Positions 24,194 through 37,451 of a DNA stretch of 64,000 nucleotides are shown here, piece after piece (position 1 is the stretch's first letter; each line of letters starts with the position of its first letter). The notes beneath the pieces were generated by a model, which was given only the letters and a program-made list of their open reading frames with translations, had not been told where the DNA came from and searched no databases. Both the position numbers and the translations under genes were made by a program. This stretch comes from Raillietiella orientalis (Eukaryota), in the NCBI GenBank assembly GCA_036172245.1, contig JAYWIR010000039.1, forward strand, positions 1,426,001 through 1,490,000, given 5' to 3'.

Positions 24194-27100
24194 GGAAGGA
24201 AAAGAAAAAGAAGAAGGAAAGAAAAATCGCCCCGGATCTTGTTTTGTTTCTGAGGATTTTCTTTCCACGCATTGCACTCCTTCCTCTTCCTTTTCATTCA
24301 AAGGGAGCAATAACGTGCTCCTGGAAGTCATATTTCTAGCTCTGGAACCCGAACTTGATTTTCCCAAAATTATTTCGGCAATCGCTTCGAAGCTGCAGAC
24401 ATCTATCTGCATCCGCCCGTGGACCTCGACCCTCGGGTTCAGCAAACACGGCGGCGAGGAGGAAGGGCAACAACGTAAATGAACGCAGACGATCCTATTA
24501 AACGGGAGAAACAAAAATTGGAAACGGGAAATTGACAAGTGAGAGGGCAGCGCCTGCACCTACGATCCCAGCCGGATGTTAATAGGCAGGCAAGCAGTTG
24601 AAGGATTCCCAACTTGCTGGGCCGTTTCGAACATTCGCGGGAGCACCCGGCCTTGCTGGGAAGTTTAATCGGAGTAGCAACCTGGCGATAAAGTTCTCGC
24701 AAACTTCCCCATCTCGACTTTGTGTCGGAAAGTGCGCTGCCGGCGGAGAATGATGAAAATGAGAATTGCCGAAGCTCCGTGGAACATTTGGAGCCCTGGG
24801 CTTGTTTGCCCGAAATGCGTGGAAACACCCCTCCGATTTGCAATTCCGCTCTCCCCGTTTCCTGCCTGAATACTGATTCAATCGATGGGAGGCATCCGAA
24901 GAGAGTGTATGTCATTAAACAGTCGTATTTTCACATCGCGCGCACGTTCCACGAAAATCATTGAAAGCAATCATCAACCCCACCATGAAGGTTTCCGATT
25001 TTATCGCCAGGTGAGACTCTTCGATCCAAAATCTTTCAGGAAAAGGAAAAAAAATTCCGATCGAAAATGCTTTCGGTACAACTGACAGCACTTTTGGTAC
25101 ATCTGAAGATCAGAGGGGCGTTTGGATAAGAAGAAAACGAGAAGCTGAGAAGCTTCGGATGCTGATCGTGCAATAAAAGCGCTTCTTCTTCCCTCCCTCC
25201 CTCCCTCCCTTCCTCTTCTTCTTTTTTTTTTTTCCTTTTGCCCAAATGTTTAGCTGGGTTAGAAAGTAGATAATAGACCCTCTTATACAATGAGCACGAA
25301 ACCGAGTTTATCGGATGCAGTCGACACGGCACGTGTTAATTCCCGTAAAGAAAACGACCTCCAGAAACATAATTGGAAACAGGATCTGGAAAGTGTTCCC
25401 ATGGAAATGTGCGGTGCGATACTGTAGGAAGCGATAAAAATCGAAAATGCACTGCGCCTCTTTTCTTTTCTTTTCTTTTCTTTTCTTTTTTTTTCTCATT
25501 CCCCCCCCCCCCCTCTTTCTATGCAAAATTTCACGCGAGAGGAACGCACGCCGAAACGTTCTCTCTGGATGTGACGGTCCCCAGCGACCGGCAACGCGTG
25601 CAGCCGCGGCCGACGTCCCAGCAACTGCTGAATGTGGGATTCTGCGATCTTGAAGGTCCCACGTCTGAAAAACCGAATGCAAAGTGAACTTTGTCAAATC
25701 CAGTCGTCCTTCCATTTTCTATAGACCCGTGGTCCGCTTCCGCATGCCTTATTTATGTATTTTTCGGGAAAGGAAGGCGAGAGAGCGGGGGGGGGGGGGG
25801 AGGGGAGAATGGATTCGTGGAATTCTGTTCGCGGTGCTCTTTCAAGTTTGCGCGGTTCGTATATAAATTTCAAATCTTCAAGAGCAGTCGATACGAAAGG
25901 ATCGTAAATCGTTATTGGATCCGGGAGATAACAAAACTGTATGAAAATCGGCAGCATACGTATTGAAAAGTAATGAGCTTTGGACCCGGGAACATGATCT
26001 GAGCACGACAACTCTCGAAGAAACAAAAGGTACGAGCGGCGGGAGGGGGGGAAAGAAAAGAAAAAAGGAAAGAAAGCCTCTCCTGGGGAGATCCCATACT
26101 CCAATTATGCAAGGTATGATCGGACTGCTTGCGTCACCTTTGTTTATAGCGAGTAAAAATACAATTTGCTCGTGCTTGTGGGAATGCATTCGTTTCCCAG
26201 GCCGGAACATCACTTGCGTATAAATAAACTGCAGGCCTTTTTGCGAGTGCGAACCGAAAGGATTGCCTGCTAGGAGGTGGGGAGAGAATGGGCGAGGGTG
26301 AGGGTGCAGGCAGCTCCCTCTTAAACGCTGCATTAAGATCCGGGAAAACCTCCCTCCTTTCAGCTGCACTTTATTGGTCGTTCTCGTTGCTCTTTTGCAG
26401 AAATGATCCTCGATTAGAGCTTCGATGCTTCTTTCGCCTACCCGTCATCTCGAACGCGGATGAAAGATCTGTTGCAGAAAAGAAAAAAAAAAAAAAACAA
26501 CCTTCTCAATAAATTGGATTCCCCCCCCCCCTTTTTTTTTTTCTTTCCTTCCCCCTCCCCCCTCCCCTAGAGGCCCGAATTAAGAATTGATTTTCGCAAA
26601 TTCCTAACGATTGTGAAGTGAGTTTCTTCATCTTTTTTTTTCCTCTTCGAGTGCACTTGGAATTCTTTGAGGGAGGGAGGGAGGGGGGAGGGGGGAAATG
26701 AAAAAAAAAAAAGTTCGCCCGTAGTTCGATGGCACGTCAGTGGGATCGCATCCCAATCGCTTCAGAGAAGAAATTAAATCGAAACATGGATTACGGACGG
26801 AACCTTCGTCGCACGGATTTCTTCCCTGAACACGACGAAGGGAAAACAGGAAGCTCTTGTGCGCCTTGGAACCGACAACATGAGAAAGGAAAGGAACCCA
26901 TCCTCTCTCTGCACTCTCCCTCAATTCCTCAACGCCTCCCTTTTTTCGGCAGAGTGGTGCCGAGCGAGTTTGCCGCATCCTCCTGCCCTGATCGCTTGCG
27001 TGGATCCAGAGAACTGACATTTCGCAAAAGCAAAAAAATAAGTCTGTATATGACAATGTATTTGTGTATAACATTACTTTGACATTTATATCCTCGTCTT

Positions 27101-27249
27101 GTTTATCGGGCCTGGTCTCTATTAATACGCCTCCCTACCCTTTACCTTTTCAGAAGACTGATCTTCAGAACCTTTGGCGTTTTTGCGAAAAAGTTCCCAA
27201 AGAGCCATTCGTTTTTCCATTGATTTATTTTCGCGTCGAATTGTTTTGC

Positions 27250-28150
27250 CACCGTTCACAATGTATTCATTCATCCCTTCACCCCTGTCAACTTTCATCT
27301 GATTACAGGCTAGAAGAGCCCTGAAATTTCCTTACGCATCTTCAGGCTGGCAATGTACCGACAGTTTCCAGCAAGCCTTGTTGATGACTCGTCGCACCGT
27401 TTGTGAAGAGCAATAGATGGGATCCTGGAATGTCCGGTTCTCGCACTTCCGTCGTTTCGCGTTTTCCGTCGACTCACAGACACGCGACACTCTGAGAGCA
27501 AAACCTCCACTCCATCCAAAAGCAGAAGGAGAGCCGTTTCGTCCGACGGGCCTTCTGGAAACGGCATGCAGAGCACGTGTTGGGACACCGCCTTCCTCCT
27601 CTTCGCCTCTCGCTCCCCTTCCTTTCCCGATCCTCCCTTCTTCCTCCACCACCTACCTCCACCTTTTCCTCTTCTTCCTCCTCCCTGCCTCCTTTCCCTC
27701 CCTCCCTCCCTCCTGCTTTCCCGCGTGGAAACGCTTCTTCTCTCGAACCTCGTGAGGATGCTGGACGGGACTCGTGCCGGAGCGCGTTCGGTCAAAACGA
27801 TAAGCCCTTCGCAAGAAAACCGGCAGGGCGCAAAGGGATGCAAAGCACCGATCAAATGGAACGGACTCGCGCTGCCCGTGGGAACAGGGAAAGTTTCATC
27901 TGTACCATCTGCGGACGTCGCCACTCACCACCAGCACGTAAAACCCCACCGCAACCGCAGCATTGTGATCGTGGCGGAATAAAATGTGAGGCGGACCGTA
28001 TTTCTCGAACAATCCGATAAGGTTTCTTTCGAAGCGCTCAAAGGCCAGAAGTCCTTGGAGCGCTTGTTTCGTAACTTTCTCAAAGTTTGCTGGCAACTTC
28101 AAAAATTTACAATTTCGCAACCAGCACATAAATCAGCTCCGTTGATAAAA
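27250..28150 (-). mobile_element. Degenerate pogo/Tigger-family (DDE_1) transposase relic
   Basis: Minus strand: LIGLFEKYGPPHILFRHD (~27980, KYxxxPxxIFNxDE-like), ALLLLLDG (~27515), PIYCSSQTVRRVINKAC (~27400, PxxxSHxLQPLD-like). Confidence 0.45.
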
Positions 28151-29585
28151 GTTCCCAGGACTTCCCGAAGCACAGGGAGCGTCATCATTCAAAGTCGAAT
28201 AACGCCACTGCCTAAGCGCCAATGTTAAACATATTTGGGCCGAAACAAATGCATGGAGAAGTTCAAGCGATCCGAGTACGCCCCAACCCAATCGTGGAAA
28301 CCCCCAAGATCGGCTTACGGCAACGTGCAAAATCATGAATCTTTCCTGGAATAATAATCAGGAAAAGTACAAGTATTCCCGACGCTTTTTTCTTCCTCCC
28401 CCCCCCCCCCCACGACGACTTCTGGCAATCCGGAGAAGCTCCCTTCGGAAACGAATCGGAACGCTGCCCTTTTGATTACTACGGAGAAGCGTCAAGGGTT
28501 TGACACGGAAATGCCGTCTTCTCCGAAGGAATTTTCCTCAGCACGTGTGGACACAAAACCTTCACACTTGTGAACTGGGCAGGCTGCCCCCACTCGGACG
28601 CTGGAGGTCCGACCTTTTTCTTTCCACACAACTGACAGAATTGTACGTTGGTTGCGAATCTGTCCCTACAAAAATGAATCCCGCACAAGAGCACACCTTG
28701 GCTCACTATTCTTTTGGAACACGAAATTTGACCAAAACCACAACCTAGGCGTATCCAACCTGGCCAGAGAATGTCAGAACAAACAAAAATGCCACGAATT
28801 CCACCAGCTGCTTACAAATGCACAACGAATTGTACAATTTCAATAGGCCACCTGAACGGCAGAACAAGAGCTTTCGGAGCCGCGGTTTATCAGCAGGGAA
28901 CCGGAGAAGTCCACCTCTGTGACTGAGACCGCAGATCCCTCGAGCTTACCCTGAACTTCAAAACTTCCAAATACTTAAGGATAACATTCAGTCGATTTGC
29001 AAATTCAAATAAACCAGTGCAGTCCTGAACTGCCACCGTAATGCAAATCACTTCTCCACAATGCCCAATTGCCCACACTACAATCCAATCCGTGAGACTG
29101 TGAAGAAACCAGAAGAATGTACACGTCCAAGTGAAAAAAACATATTAACTGCAATGGCCAACATTAGCTTTCTGATAAAACTTGTTTCCGAAATTTCTCA
29201 TGCTCTTTTGGAACGACATTCCGTGTATCTGCTTGAATGCAGCACAATCCCAAATGACTTTATGGCATGTTGGCAATTGATCTCTCATCAATCAAATTGC
29301 CTTCTGGTGGTCTCGGAAAAAGCAAAACACACCTTGAAATCTATTTTGAGCATTTCCTGCAGTGCATTGCTACAACATAACAAATCTGAGCCCATACTTT
29401 ATTCAGTCTTTATTATCTGAAAACTCGAACTTTCACAGATGTAAACAAAACACATCACATGCAAGCTGAGTATTTTCAAAACCACTCAAAACTAATCTGA
29501 GAAAATTAAGGCAAAATTATAGGAATAAAATAATTTATGAAAATGAAAATAACTAAAGTGACAAGAGAAAATTATCTAAATAGCT

Positions 29586-29591
29586 TTTATT
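29586..29591 (-). terminator. Candidate polyadenylation signal of the aldolase gene
   Basis: AATAAA on the minus strand ~87 nt after the stop codon. Confidence 0.5.
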
Positions 29592-29677
29592 TGAACAAGC
29601 AAAAGCAGTTTCTTAAATGTATCACTGAACAAAATTAGCAAGCTAACGAAAAAAATGACAGAAAACTAAGAATTCAA

Positions 29678-31023
29678 CTAATAAGCATAATTAGCTTCAA
29701 ACAAATTCTTTTCACCTCTTTTAGAGTCAGCAGGGCCATTATATTCTCCAAGGCTGGCTTTACTGTTGGCCTATAACAGGAAAGCACACATTATTAATAC
29801 ACTCCTACAGTTATAATGAATGAAATTTCAAAACCATTACAACATTCACCTTAGCATGAATCAGTAATTCTTCTTGTGCTTTTGGGAAATTTGCATCCTT
29901 CCCAGACCATGCTTTCAACACTGATGCTTGTAAAGCACGACCATAGCTGAAAGACAGTGCCCAGGGTTTTTTTCCTTGGAACTGATTGATGGCATTCAAG
30001 TTTAATGTGGCTTCCTCTTCAGATTGCCCTCCAGACAAAAATGTAATTCCAGGAACAGCAGCAGGCACAGTGCGGGACAAAGCAGTTACAGTAGCTCTTG
30101 CAATATCCTCAGGGCAATGCTTGACAGCATGAGACTGTCCTGCAGTTACCATGTTCGGTTTTAGAAGTGTACCTTCCAAAAACACATGGTGATCATTCAG
30201 AGCCTTGTACACAGCTGCCAAAACAGTTTCTGTTACTTTTTGAGCACGATCAAGATCATGATCCCCATCAGCTAATACCTATGTTGAAATTTAAAGATTT
30301 GCTTTTAGATATTCAATTTAACTAGAACCTCTGGCTCTACAATGGGCACTAAGCACTGTGACTGGCAAATGGAAGCATAGCGAGCCAAGACATTCGCATT
30401 CTCTAAAATTGCCTGATATGAAGGGGTATGATCTTTGATTTTCAACACACAGCGCCATTTTGCAAACTGACATCCAAGTCCTCTATATTTGGCACACCTA
30501 GCTGCCAGATCATCTAGCCCTTTAAAATTGTACATCTGGATGAACCATTGTTTCTCTACATATGGCTCACCTTGGGTAGTACATTCATCTTCAGATCCAA
30601 ATAAAGGCACCACACCCTTATCAACTTTAATTCCAGGAATTATGCCATTTTGCTTTAGAATTTCGGGGAACGTTTGTCCAACAAAAGGAGCTGGTACATC
30701 CGGCAATTCTTCCACTTTATGGTACAAAGTTTCTTCAAACAAAATGACTGCCGAAATATAATTAGACAGTTCAGAATTGGCTGTAAACAACAACTACATA
30801 AAACAACAATTAACAGAGAAGCTGGCAAGCAGAATGGTACCTGTCGGTATTTTCTCCGATTTTCTTCTACGTTTTCCACCCCAATACTTTTGAATCTATT
30901 CCCAATAGTGCCAACTGATTCATCGGCTGCTAAAATACCCTTTCCTGGCGCCACAATTGCATTCGCGACTCTTCTGAGCTCATTTTGGATCTCTTCCGAT
31001 GGATAAGTAAAGAAAGTTGTCAT
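29678..31023 (-). CDS. Ald: Fructose-bisphosphate aldolase class I; exons 31023-30841, 30793-30571, 30519-30329, 30278-29850, 29770-29678; 372 aa
   Basis: Contains [31 protein letters not shown], Schiff-base [28 protein letters not shown] and a C-terminal Tyr (…ANYAY*). Four GT-AG introns (47, 51, 50, 79 nt) give an open 1119-nt CDS. Confidence 0.97.
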
Positions 31024-31449
31024 AGTCTCGAAGATTATGGCTGCAAATTTTCAAAAGAACAATCAGTGAACTCAAAAACCAGCTCCCCAAACATGTACAC
31101 AAAGTTCCACGTAGCAGTTACCAACAGTGTCAACGTGTAATAGATACTGTGGGTTTACATTACTCCCAGATGATGATACATCGGTTAGCAAGGAACAAAT
31201 GGCACGAGTTATACTTTTTACAAAACATTTTCATTTTCAAGTAAAATCAATACAATTTCGAGCAAATCGTCGGTAAATGGGATACGTTTGTTCGAGCTCC
31301 ATTTCGCCCTATTAGGCACACTACTGCTTCCACCCCATCCTTCCCGTTTGCCTACGCAGACAGTCGTAGAAATGTGAGTTTTTTTTGCTGAGATAAAGAT
31401 AAGATCTCGAAAATCACGCGTCACGATTCACAGTGTTTTCTGCAAATAC

Positions 31450-32900
31450 GAGCTTTTCCTCAAAACTTTCAAAACCGAACTTGGAACTCCACCCAGCTTT
31501 CCCGATTGAAATCCTCCAAAACACACTGTAAGGCATTCCACATAACCTGCAGTTCCGGGGATTCAAAACTTGTAAACAAACCCCATTATCAGAATAGGCA
31601 CAGTAGGAGAGAAGCAAAAAAAAAGAAAAAAAAGAAAAGGAAGCTCTGTTTAGAATGAAAGGATCGTCGGTTAAAACAGTGTATATAACTGAAGGGAAAA
31701 TGATGGAGGTTAACCTCAGAGTCGACCGGGACCTGAAGAGACAGGAACATGCAATCATCAGTGCAAAGATAGATGTGTGCTCTTTCAAATACTACGTTTA
31801 TCTTACCAAAGGATGATTTAATATGAAACCACAACCCACATTACACTTGCATGTTATTAGCAATTACAACAGGTTACGAGTTATCTTGAAAAGAGCAGAT
31901 GTTGGGATCAATTATTCAGAATGGGAGACATGCAGTTAATTAAATCGCCTATTTCCTGCTATTTCATCAACAGCAAAAGTTTAAATCGAACAGTTACAAT
32001 AAAATGTAGAAAATAATTTTTAAAATCATGAGGATTTGAGTTGTTTGGCATGAATGTGTGACGCCAGCTGCCTGTTGAATATAAAAGAAAAATTTTGTCT
32101 GAGCCACCAAAAAATTACAAGGCAAAACTCGTCATCCTACAAGGATAGAATACTTATCCAGTGAAGACTAGGGATTTAGAAAACTCATTAATTCCATTAT
32201 GAAACCCAAATAGCCCACGAATTCACATTTGCCTTTATTGAATCTCAAATGCTTATCCTACTCACAGACTAAATCACTTGGCTCTGGATACGATGCTTCA
32301 AAAAATCTGCGAATTCCGAGAAAAACATTTCAATTGAGAGGTTTTGTTTTCTTTAACTTCTGTAGAGTCTTTGAAGCACCTGATCTAGAATGAAATAATT
32401 AATCAATGCATAGGATACATAATTGCTCATGCTCAGAGTTTTTCTTGGCAGTCATTTTTTTTTTTTTTTTTGCTTTTTTTCTGAGGGGAGGGGAGGTTTC
32501 TAATACAAAGGAACTAATTTATAGATAAATACAAGTTACATTAGCGAACGAAGAATGATGATTAGTTAAGTGATAATTGGATCTCCCTTTGAATCAAGAG
32601 ATAAAATTGGAGCTAATAAAAAATATTGCCAGATGCTAAAGGAACACTTCAAAGGCGTGAATGTGTAAAGTGATTACTTATCTATCTGCAATCAAGGTGC
32701 TGATTTAGTAAGTCGCTTTCAAATTCAGTAGGGAAAAAAAAAAATGATACAGGAGATGAAAAAGTACAATAGTTGACCCAATTTTTCGTGCCTCTGCCTC
32801 TTATTCGTTTAAATATAATGCAGGTAATGACGATCTCTGTAAGGGATTTAGGTATACACTGTGTAGATTCTGATTTTAATCCTTATCGACAAAATAAGAT
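31450..32900 (+). mobile_element. Possible hAT relic upstream of aldolase
   Basis: RIVG...EGKMMEVNLRVDRDLKRQEHAII..VCS (~31660-31780) resembles the G..DGAxxMxG..GV..LK..CxxH segment. Little other support. Confidence 0.25.
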
Positions 32901-33199
32901 GTTTTTTGGTTCACATTTGAAAGCACAAGAGAACTTCAGTTTACTGATCACTTGATAGACTATGTACACTAATGATGAAATCCCACCTTAGCATAACATA
33001 AAATAAATATCTTTGGCTGTCTCATGATGTGACAGAATGGAGGAGAGCATTTGGCAAGAGAAAGAGAATTTCGATTTCACAGAATGACTCCATTTTTCTT
33101 TATGTTTGGACCAGAAACAAACAAGAAATAATCGGATGAAGCACATTTCCAGTAATTATTAGAAATTCACTAACCATCGCTGAACGAAGCAAAGAAGAG

Positions 33200-36100
33200 G
33201 AATATAAAAAATGAGTTTGCGATCCAAGTTCAAGTTTCAGAAGATGAAGGAATGTTATGGAAGCCGAATCTGATGTCTGTACGTACGAACGAACGTTTCG
33301 TAGACGATGAACAGATCAGCAATAAAAAAATAAACAAGGGAGCATCTGAGGTTTCCAATGATGTCCTCGAAACTCCAGTAATGCCCGTGACTTGGTTGGA
33401 ATAAGGTTGCTGTATTTCTCTGAAGAAACGAAGTTGGTCGAAGAAAAGAGTCAGATGAAAGAATCGTTTCGAAGCGTTTTCCTAGGATTCCATGTAGAAA
33501 AGTGAAAATTCGAGTGAGGTTATGCCAAGAAGTTTTATCTTAAGTTTTTATCCCATTCAGGGTGTTCCACAGACAAAGGAACCTCTCCTAATAAACGTTA
33601 AAAAGCAGTACCATTATCAATAAATTATTAACTAGCCATGAAAATACCAGTTTCAGAACCCAGAAGGTATACAAGGCACAAAACTAAAAAAGAGGATCTG
33701 TGGAATAACACTTTGCAAAACTGACTGTGTATTTAAATTTCACCGCCAGTGGGATGAATGGCTTCTGAAAAATACATATGATTGTCGTAAATTAGCAATA
33801 ATAATAAATCATATCGGATTCTAGATGCTTGGGAGTATCACTTTTGTACCAACATAGTCGTAAAAAGCATGCATCATGGGAAGCGGACCGCAGACGCAAG
33901 TTTTTGGTATTCTGTTTTCAGGACCCGAGGATTGAAGGATTTTCTCTGGCTTCAGATGAACTGAGGATGAAAATGAGCATCCGCAGCAACCCTTCTGATT
34001 CAGTCGCTTTGGGATTTCAATCTGCATCTTGTAAGTATGGGAAACTGGCATCTCAATGCACAGAAACGCTTCCCCGGATGATCTTTGAAAGCCACCAGTT
34101 CAAGTGGGTGCAGATAAAGATGGACTTTTATTTCCGGTTTCGAATCATATGATTCTGTACATCTGAAATGAGGGAGAATGCTTGGATTTTCCTCAAAGGA
34201 AAAGGAGGCATGAAAGCAAAGTGAAAAAATTTTTTGCGCTTTCAGATCGCAAAAAAAAAAAAAAGAAAGGAAAGAAAATGGTGATGGAGCAGGTGCCGTC
34301 GGTTTAATTTGAAGAGGAAGCGTATAGCAGAGGAATTTCCTTGACACTTCTTCTGTGGAGACCGGATAGAAGGCAAAAAAGGTTTCTCGATTCGTGCGAC
34401 ACTGAACAGAGGTGCGCATCAGAAAACGAAGGAGAAAACTGACACCAGCAATGCACGGCAGACCTCAGCAAGAAAGGCCGAGGATGCTCTTCCCAGGAGG
34501 AAGATGATGTGAAGGCGTGGAAAATTTTCGTGAGTCCACAAATTGGAAGCCACAAACGATTGCAGCAGCGGCGGAGTGCAAAGAAATCTTTAGCACTGCT
34601 AAAACGTTGGACATTTGCTAAACGGTATTTCTTGTTTGATGAGGTTCATTCAGTGCACCGGAAGACATATCAAAAATTGAGGTCCTCAAATAATGGTTAT
34701 TAACGATTAAAATTTTTTTTTTTTTTTTTTGTTAAGAACAAATGGGGCAAATTTTCTTGGCTTTTGCTTTCAGCTGGTGTCATCCTTTTGACGTTTTTTT
34801 TTATTTTTTTGTGCATGGAACATAACCGGTTTAGTGATGATTTCTCTGGAATGGCAGCGCATTTGCAGAATTTTAGACGTCTAGAACTGCACTGATGAAC
34901 TATTTGTGATCATTTTTGTGTGTGTGTGTGTGTTTCTCCTGTCAAATCTTTTTGTTTCTTCCATATTCATCCAAGTGGTTGCACTCTCGATAGGAACTTT
35001 GTTCCATCATCAATAAAGCAAAGAGAATTTCTTATTGGGCTAAGCCTCGTACACCCGAAATGGGATCAAAAAGAAGCAAATTAGAAGTATGGAGGCAGCG
35101 ATTATGTGAAAGCTTGAAGAAGGAAGAAAATCCATGTACAACCATGAATAAGGTCTTCGTATTGTTCCTTGACATGTTGCGCAAGGAAACCTTGCCTGGG
35201 TTCATAAAGCTGATTGCTATTTCAAAACAACTCTGGTCTTGTTCAGAACATTTTCCGCCCGCCTGAGCAATTTTATTCATGCCATCTTTTGATTTTCCTC
35301 TAAAATCGCATCAATTAGGTTACTAAGATCAGATGTTTCGTTCGTCTCAGGGGCATCTTCATCCAGCGAAACCACATCTCATCTGTGTATGCTCAAGGTA
35401 TCCAGACCCAGCATCACTCTTGGGTTTGTATTTCTCCATGATTTGAACGCGATCCCTAGATAAATCGTAGCCAGGAACTTTTAAATTCCCTACTCGCTTT
35501 GGATCAAATTCGTCGAATGAAACTTTGAGCAGGAATTCGTTTTGCACAAAACACTGGTGAAAATCCGCAAATTATCACTAAATATCTGAATGAAATCATT
35601 AGGAGGTCACCAATCGCTAATGACCTGCAGGAAAAAGAAAATGAGTGAAAGAAATCTCGACGCAAGAGTTCGGCAGCAATGTTCTTGCTCGAAAATAGTA
35701 AAGATTTGGATTTGTTCCCCCCTCCCCCCACACACACACACACAAATCTATTACATTTTATAAAAGGCTAAGCTTGCCGGTCTACGAAAAAAAGAGATAA
35801 CATTCTCACTGCAATGCAATAACCTTAGCACATTCCCTGGAAAATCACTTCAAATAGAGAAGCAGATTGTTTCCACGGCAACTTGATTATGATGAGTAAC
35901 GACCAGCCTTGCTCGTTCTGTAATAACATTCTTGAGCAAGACCACGCCTATCATTCGGGTCTGGGAAACAAATGCTCTGTTTAAATCTGTGGGTGATTCT
36001 GAGTTCTTCTTCTTCCGAGCATACCCACTTAGCTCGCGTGGGAGTGGAGAAGGGTTTCTGGAAGCAAGTTCGCGATTTTTTTTTTGTTTCGCGGCTGCAC

Positions 36101-37080
36101 GCGAATCAGACGATTCGGCGGAGAAGATTCTGTAAGACTGAGGTCCAGTCCTTCGGAGAAGCTGGCGACGACGAGGAGATGTACACAGAGCAAACCCGTT
36201 TGCAAAAGTTGGTGTCCGACCCGACGCTCGCCCTCGAAGCTTCTTTCAAAGCTTCGAGGCGTGATAAAAGAAAGAAAAAGAAAAAAAAAAACACTCTGTG
36301 GACTCACTCTACGTGTCGCGGCAAAAAACACGATCGTCTCCGTGCTCCCAACAACAACACGTTTAATGACCAAAGAGACGAAAAACACCTGATGGCATCT
36401 GGGTTATTGATGCAATGTCTATAATCAGTGGATCGTTGGTTTGCGCAATATTGCAGAACTTGGGAACATTCCGTTAAGATACTTGCTTGCAAAGGCCACC
36501 AGAGTTTTAGATCGAACTGCTTTTTCAGAGCTTTGGAGTACGAAGTCACACTTACCGCCGGCATTCATGTAGGGCACTCGAGATGAGAAATGAGAAAGCT
36601 GCCCAAATGGAACGTGTCTCGTGGGAAGCCTTTGTACAGCGAGATGGAATGATACTGAGCGTGTGGCTGGCTCGAACGGGAAGGATTTGAAGACAAAAAG
36701 AAAAGGGTTAGAAATGTCACGGGAATGCTCAAGAATCGAACAATATGGGGAGGGGGGGAAGGAAGAAGAAGAAAAAAAACATTGAAGTCAAGTAAAGGAA
36801 TAGTAAAATCAGACTCGGCTGTACTCCTTGTATAGCTGCCAAGTCCATTAATTTGCATCCCTGAGCTGTGGGACGGCATCACTCAACGCACAGAACGAAC
36901 ACTTCGAGAAGAGAAAGACAAAGAGTGCAGCTCGGATGGATTCAGCAGTCACTTTGTCGCAGAGCTCTGAGGCATGGGACAAGGAAAAATTGCCTATTGA
37001 ACCATTTGGACGCACGCAAAAGACCTTAAGAAGCCATCCGAAGGAAAGCCCCTCCAGACATCCGAACAGCGGCGACAGCA
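33200..37080 (-). mobile_element. Degenerate hAT-like transposase relic
   Basis: Minus-strand order: DKVTAESIRAALF..SKCSF (~36900), FLLKVSFDE (~35520), RCLHTSN (~35090, CxLHxxHN-like), VHQCSSRRL (~34885, HCxTRWL-like), EKYSNL (~33410). Confidence 0.4.
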
Positions 37081-37451
37081 TCCACCCCGAGGTAACCAGT
37101 TAACGTGTCAACAACGGCGTATTTCTTCATAATGTGATAGAACACGTTCAGTGCACGTACATATGTCAGTGTGCAGCGCTGAGCACCTGTGTTACAAATT
37201 TCAGATTTAAAAATATGCAGCGATGCATCACAAAGCGGAAAGAAATTTCATCGAAAGAGAGAGAAAAGGGGGATGGAGTTCGGTGCGCGTGCCAGTAGGG
37301 AAGGGGTCGAACCGAATGACTGACTTCTTTATGGGAAACACGGGCTAATGAGGAACACGGCGAGAGGAGTGCACTTTTGAAACCAAACACTCCTGTGATT
37401 TCAGAACCTCAAACACGCAGCAGTGTCGTCCGAGGCACGGGTTCACTTCGA

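Larger units (their letters stand above)
23400..26450 (-). mobile_element. Degenerate hAT transposase relic
   Basis: Minus-strand motifs in order: KFTLHSVFQTWDLQDRR (~25660, FSLTxDEWTSxxNRR-like), CRLHPINSVSCSLY (~25310, CxAHxIxLAVxDVLY-like), LSDTKSRWGSL (~24715, DxKTRWNSL-like), LASI/TTSV (~23450, SIxPTSV-like). Confidence 0.55.

Noticed and set aside
28479..28706. LCGIHF as a THAP domain
   Set aside because: A single short motif with no supporting upstream Cys/Pro/Trp pattern.
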